In this document: piece by piece, positions 61,091 through 64,000 of the stretch | Position numbering within the stretch: the stretch's first letter is position 1 | Layout of the letters: each line of letters starts with the position of its first letter | Assembly: GCA_039815185.1 (NCBI GenBank) | Contig: JBCBZT010000016.1 | Span: 64,001 to 128,000 of the forward strand | Direction: 5' to 3' | Length of the DNA: 64,000 nt | Source of the DNA: Cyanobacteria bacterium P01_A01_bin.123 | GTDB taxonomy: Bacteria; Cyanobacteriota; Cyanobacteriia; Phormidesmidales; Phormidesmidaceae | Made by a program: the position numbers and the translations under genes | Notes under the pieces: model-generated | The model's input: the letters and a program-made list of their open reading frames with translations, nothing else | The model's database searches: none | Told to the model about the DNA's origin: nothing

Positions 61091-63646
61091 TTAACTGTCA
61101 TGCTCGCTGAGAAATGTAGCTTTGAGCTGAGTTGTTGCCGTTTGGTAAAGGGCTTGTAGTGTTTGCCCATTGCTGGGATAGTCGACCACGGTGTAAATGA
61201 ATACGGGTTGAATCCGTTCTTCTGTAGGTAACGTGATGATTTGTCGTCGCAATCGTTGACACAGGGGTTCTAGATAATCTTGGGCCGCTGCTCGATCTAG
61301 GTCGGGTAAACCGACCACAAATTCACCATTTCCCCAGTATCCAATCACCGCTGTGCCCTGAGGGAGTGTCTGAAAACATTGGCCCCAGGTGTGCAATATC
61401 AGATTTCCAGCATCGTGCCCGTAGTGAAAATTGATCGGGTGTAAATCGGTCAGTTGCATCAGCGCCAGGGCCAGTGGTGTTTGCGTGGTTTTGGCCATTT
61501 CCAGCCGTTGATTGAGCTGCTGCTGGGAAGCATGGGTATTGGGTAAACCCGTTAGACGATCGCGGTGGGCATAGGTCTGCCACAATCGATGACGTTCTAA
61601 CCGATTTAAGAGTCGGGTGAGCAGTTCTGGCCCAACGATGGGTTTCGCAATGTAGTCGTCAGCCCCGGCCCGGTAGACTCGCTGCACCGTGTCAACGTCT
61701 CGGTGGGCCGTGAGAAATAGGATGGGCAGGTTTTGCCAATCTGGATCGGTGCGCACCGCTTGGCACAGATCAATACCGCTAAATTGGGGCATCTCAACAT
61801 CTAGGATTAACAAATCAGGGTGGGTAGTTTGGAGTACCTCCCAAAAACGCTGGGGATCCTCTAAGCCAGTGAGGGCTATACCCCAAGGTTCTAAAAGAGG
61901 GCGCAGGGCATTAATCACCAAGGGGTCGTCATCCACGACCAAAACCCGCGTGGCCAATCTGCGGCTATGCTGAAGTACCTGTTGAGCTGCTACAGCAAGC
62001 TGACTGGCGATTACGGGTTTTACCAGGATGCGTTGAATTCCCGTTTGAGCGATCGCGACCCGATCGCTCAAACTATCCAGACAGGTTAAGGCTAGCGTTG
62101 GGATAGGCAAGGTAGATGCAGCAAGATGCTGCAGGAGATCCAGGCTGTCCTGCAACTGTGAGGCTGAGGCAACGTCTACCACTACCAATTCCGGCTGCTG
62201 AGCTTGAATTTTGGCTCGGGCTTGGGCAATTGTGGTGATCTGAATCCAAGTCAAACTAGACGTAGCTGCGATCGCTTGTAGGGCAGACAGCAGCGTTGAG
62301 TCATCGGAAACCAACATCAGGGTGCCAACAGAGGTTGAGTCCGATGGAGCTAAACCAGAGGGATGTTTGGAGGAAACGTGATCTTGCAAATTAGGCGTGA
62401 CGGGCAAATCGAGTAAGGTCGCCAACTGATCGACTAAGTCAGGAATCTCGGTGATGCGATGGTCGAAGACCGTCACAGAAGTGCCATCGCGATTATCGTT
62501 CGTTAAAACAGTCTCGATCTGACGAGCCACAGCAGTTCCCTGATCTCGTTCAAACATGCCTAAGACTCCAGCTAGCTTGTGCGCAGCCCTAGCCGCATCG
62601 GTTTGTAGCGTTGGGGAAAGGGTTTCTAGTTGAATCGCTGCCGCCGCCTGCTGCAGTAGGTCGAGCCGTGCCGCTATTGCGCCTTGATATTTTTGCCAAA
62701 GGGTCTCTATGGATTGCTGAAATCGTTGTTCAAGTTCCGTGTCATCAGATGTTTTAGAAGCGAATGCCTGCGTCTCTTGGGGTGTCTTGGGAGATGAGGT
62801 CTGGGGTTCATCCGCCCAAGGTTTTACCGCAAATTTGGGGTTGGTTTCCGTCGGCAGCACAAATTGTTGAGAAGACAAGGGCGCGATCACAGTTTGAGAT
62901 TGAATAGCAGCCTCGGCGTCAGCGCTGGCCTCACCGTTGAGCACTTCTGCCCCGCTCGCTATCAGCTCAGTCTCAGTCGGCAGGCTAAAGCGATAACCAA
63001 TGCCGTAGACATTAGCTATCCAGTCGGCAGCACCCACTTGTTTGAGTTTGCGCCGCAACCCTTTGATATGGGCTTTGACGCTGTCTTCTAAAGGGGGATC
63101 ATCGAAACTCCAGAGATGATTGATGATGTGGGCGCGGCTAAATACCCGCTCTGGATTGCGTAAAAACAGTTCTAGCAAACTGTATTCCTTAGGGGTAAGT
63201 TTCAGTGGGCGATCGCCGTAGGTAACCTGACAACTCATTGGATCAAGCTGCAATAGTCCTGCCGTCAATATCGTTTCAGCAGCGACTTCACCCCGACGTA
63301 ACAAGGCGCGAACGCGGGCCAGAAATTCTGCTAAATTGAGCGGCTTCGTGAGGTGGTCATCAGCACCCGCGTCTAAGCCGCGAATGCGTTCATCTGGGGC
63401 ATCCCTTGCAGTCATTAGCAGCACAGGGATAGTGCAGCCTTGGTTGCGCAGACGCTGACATAAGGTAATACCATCGAGTTCGGGTAAACCCACGTCGGTC
63501 ACAATCAAGTCATAGCCAGAATCTTGGGCATATTCCCAACCCAACAGTCCAGTTTCAACAGCATCCACAAGATATCGCTGACTCGTCAGCGCATCCGTAA
63601 GCCGTGCCATCAAAATTTCGTCATCTTCAATTAGCAGGATGCGCAT
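61091..63646 (-). CDS. Multidomain response regulator: REC-winged helix-Hpt-REC-REC-degenerate GGDEF
   Basis: OmpR-type N-terminus (LIEDD..DVGLP..KP; LTPKEY..VYGIGY), Hpt AHKLAGVLG, two further REC domains, DRLTGLPN and GYWGNGEF. Confidence 0.9.
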   Translation of the reverse strand: MRILLIEDDEILMARLTDALTSQRYLVDAVETGLLGWEYAQDSGYDLIVTDVGLPELDGITLCQRLRNQGCTIPVLLMTARDAPDERIRGLDAGADDHLTKPLNLAEFLARVRALLRRGEVAAETILTAGLLQLDPMSCQVTYGDRPLKLTPKEYSLLELFLRNPERVFSRAHIINHLWSFDDPPLEDSVKAHIKGLRRKLKQVGAADWIANVYGIGYRFSLPTETELIASGAEVLNGEASADAEAAIQSQTVIAPLSSQQFVLPTETNPKFAVKPWADEPQTSSPKTPQETQAFASKTSDDTELEQRFQQSIETLWQKYQGAIAARLDLLQQAAAAIQLETLSPTLQTDAARAAHKLAGVLGMFERDQGTAVARQIETVLTNDNRDGTSVTVFDHRITEIPDLVDQLATLLDLPVTPNLQDHVSSKHPSGLAPSDSTSVGTLMLVSDDSTLLSALQAIAATSSLTWIQITTIAQARAKIQAQQPELVVVDVASASQLQDSLDLLQHLAASTLPIPTLALTCLDSLSDRVAIAQTGIQRILVKPVIASQLAVAAQQVLQHSRRLATRVLVVDDDPLVINALRPLLEPWGIALTGLEDPQRFWEVLQTTHPDLLILDVEMPQFSGIDLCQAVRTDPDWQNLPILFLTAHRDVDTVQRVYRAGADDYIAKPIVGPELLTRLLNRLERHRLWQTYAHRDRLTGLPNTHASQQQLNQRLEMAKTTQTPLALALMQLTDLHPINFHYGHDAGNLILHTWGQCFQTLPQGTAVIGYWGNGEFVVGLPDLDRAAAQDYLEPLCQRLRRQIITLPTEERIQPVFIYTVVDYPSNGQTLQALYQTATTQLKATFLSEHDS

Positions 63647-63812
63647 CGTAGACCTGCCATGTACAGCCTCACTGTCAGCAACTTACCCTATGTCGCAATC
63701 ACTTTGGCTTTTCTTTCAAGTTTCTTTGAGGTTTATGGTGGAGACAAAGCGACAATTTTCAGTCATTTTAGGCTCACCAGGACAAACGTAACCGTCTATT
63801 CCACTGAACCGG

Positions 63813-64000
63813 ATGAAAATCTTTTTAGATCCCGATAAAACCCTGAGCTACAAGGCCTTGGTCCTGATTATGAGCCTAAGTGTTTTGGCTGGCCTGATGA
63901 TCACCCCATTACACTTTTTCATTGACCCCAATCCAAGCCCGTTCTCCCTCCTAGTACCACCGATCATTACGACAATCTTCTTCGCATTATTAATTCAATT
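63813..64000 (+). CDS. Membrane protein, N-terminal part (runs off the window edge)
   Basis: Manual translation MKIFLDPDKTLSYKALVLIMSLSVLAGLMITPLHFFIDPNPSPFSLLVPPIITTIFFALLIQ..., open to the end, two hydrophobic segments. Confidence 0.6.
   Translation, partial: MKIFLDPDKTLSYKALVLIMSLSVLAGLMITPLHFFIDPNPSPFSLLVPPIITTIFFALLIQ

Larger units (their letters stand above)
1283..63216. repeat. HIP1 octamer GCGATCGC dispersed through the window
   Basis: Many copies in coding and non-coding DNA (e.g. 1283-1290, 14452-14459, 14555-14562), a hallmark of most cyanobacterial genomes. Confidence 0.95.

Overview
Chromosomal window from a cyanobacterium: HIP1 octamers (GCGATCGC) are frequent and psb27, ndhN, ldpA and sigD are present. 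It looks like a filamentous Leptolyngbya/Nodosilinea-type genome, but that assignment is an impression only. Left to right it holds: the edge of a surface-polysaccharide locus (partial ABC exporter, Arg-rich Zn-finger-like ORF, rfbB); sigD with an untracked 47-aa upstream ORF and an HLR1/RpaB-type box; thyX interrupted by a 244-aa mini-intein; NADH-GOGAT gltB-gltD; a small accessory patch (orphan MNT antitoxin, AT-rich C-N hydrolase, DUF4058, SH3 remnant); JAB peptidase plus MoeB-rhodanese; pgk; cysteine synthase; a site-2 protease; and sbcD. The large ribosomal-protein cluster is split into two divergent halves (rpmJ..prfA on minus, rplC..infA on plus), as a single ~16.5-kb inversion would produce. 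The right end has a DUF1611/epimerase pair, ndk, a GST, a degenerate histidine kinase, MATE, ygfZ, rhomboid and a multidomain REC-wHTH-Hpt-REC-REC-GGDEF regulator. Several REP/MITE-like repeats lie between genes. I recognised no rRNA, tRNA, CRISPR array or intact transposase. No clearly novel system is proven. The best leads are the Arg-rich/Zn ORF heading the polysaccharide locus, the sigD upstream microprotein, the ThyX mini-intein and the rearranged ribosomal cluster.
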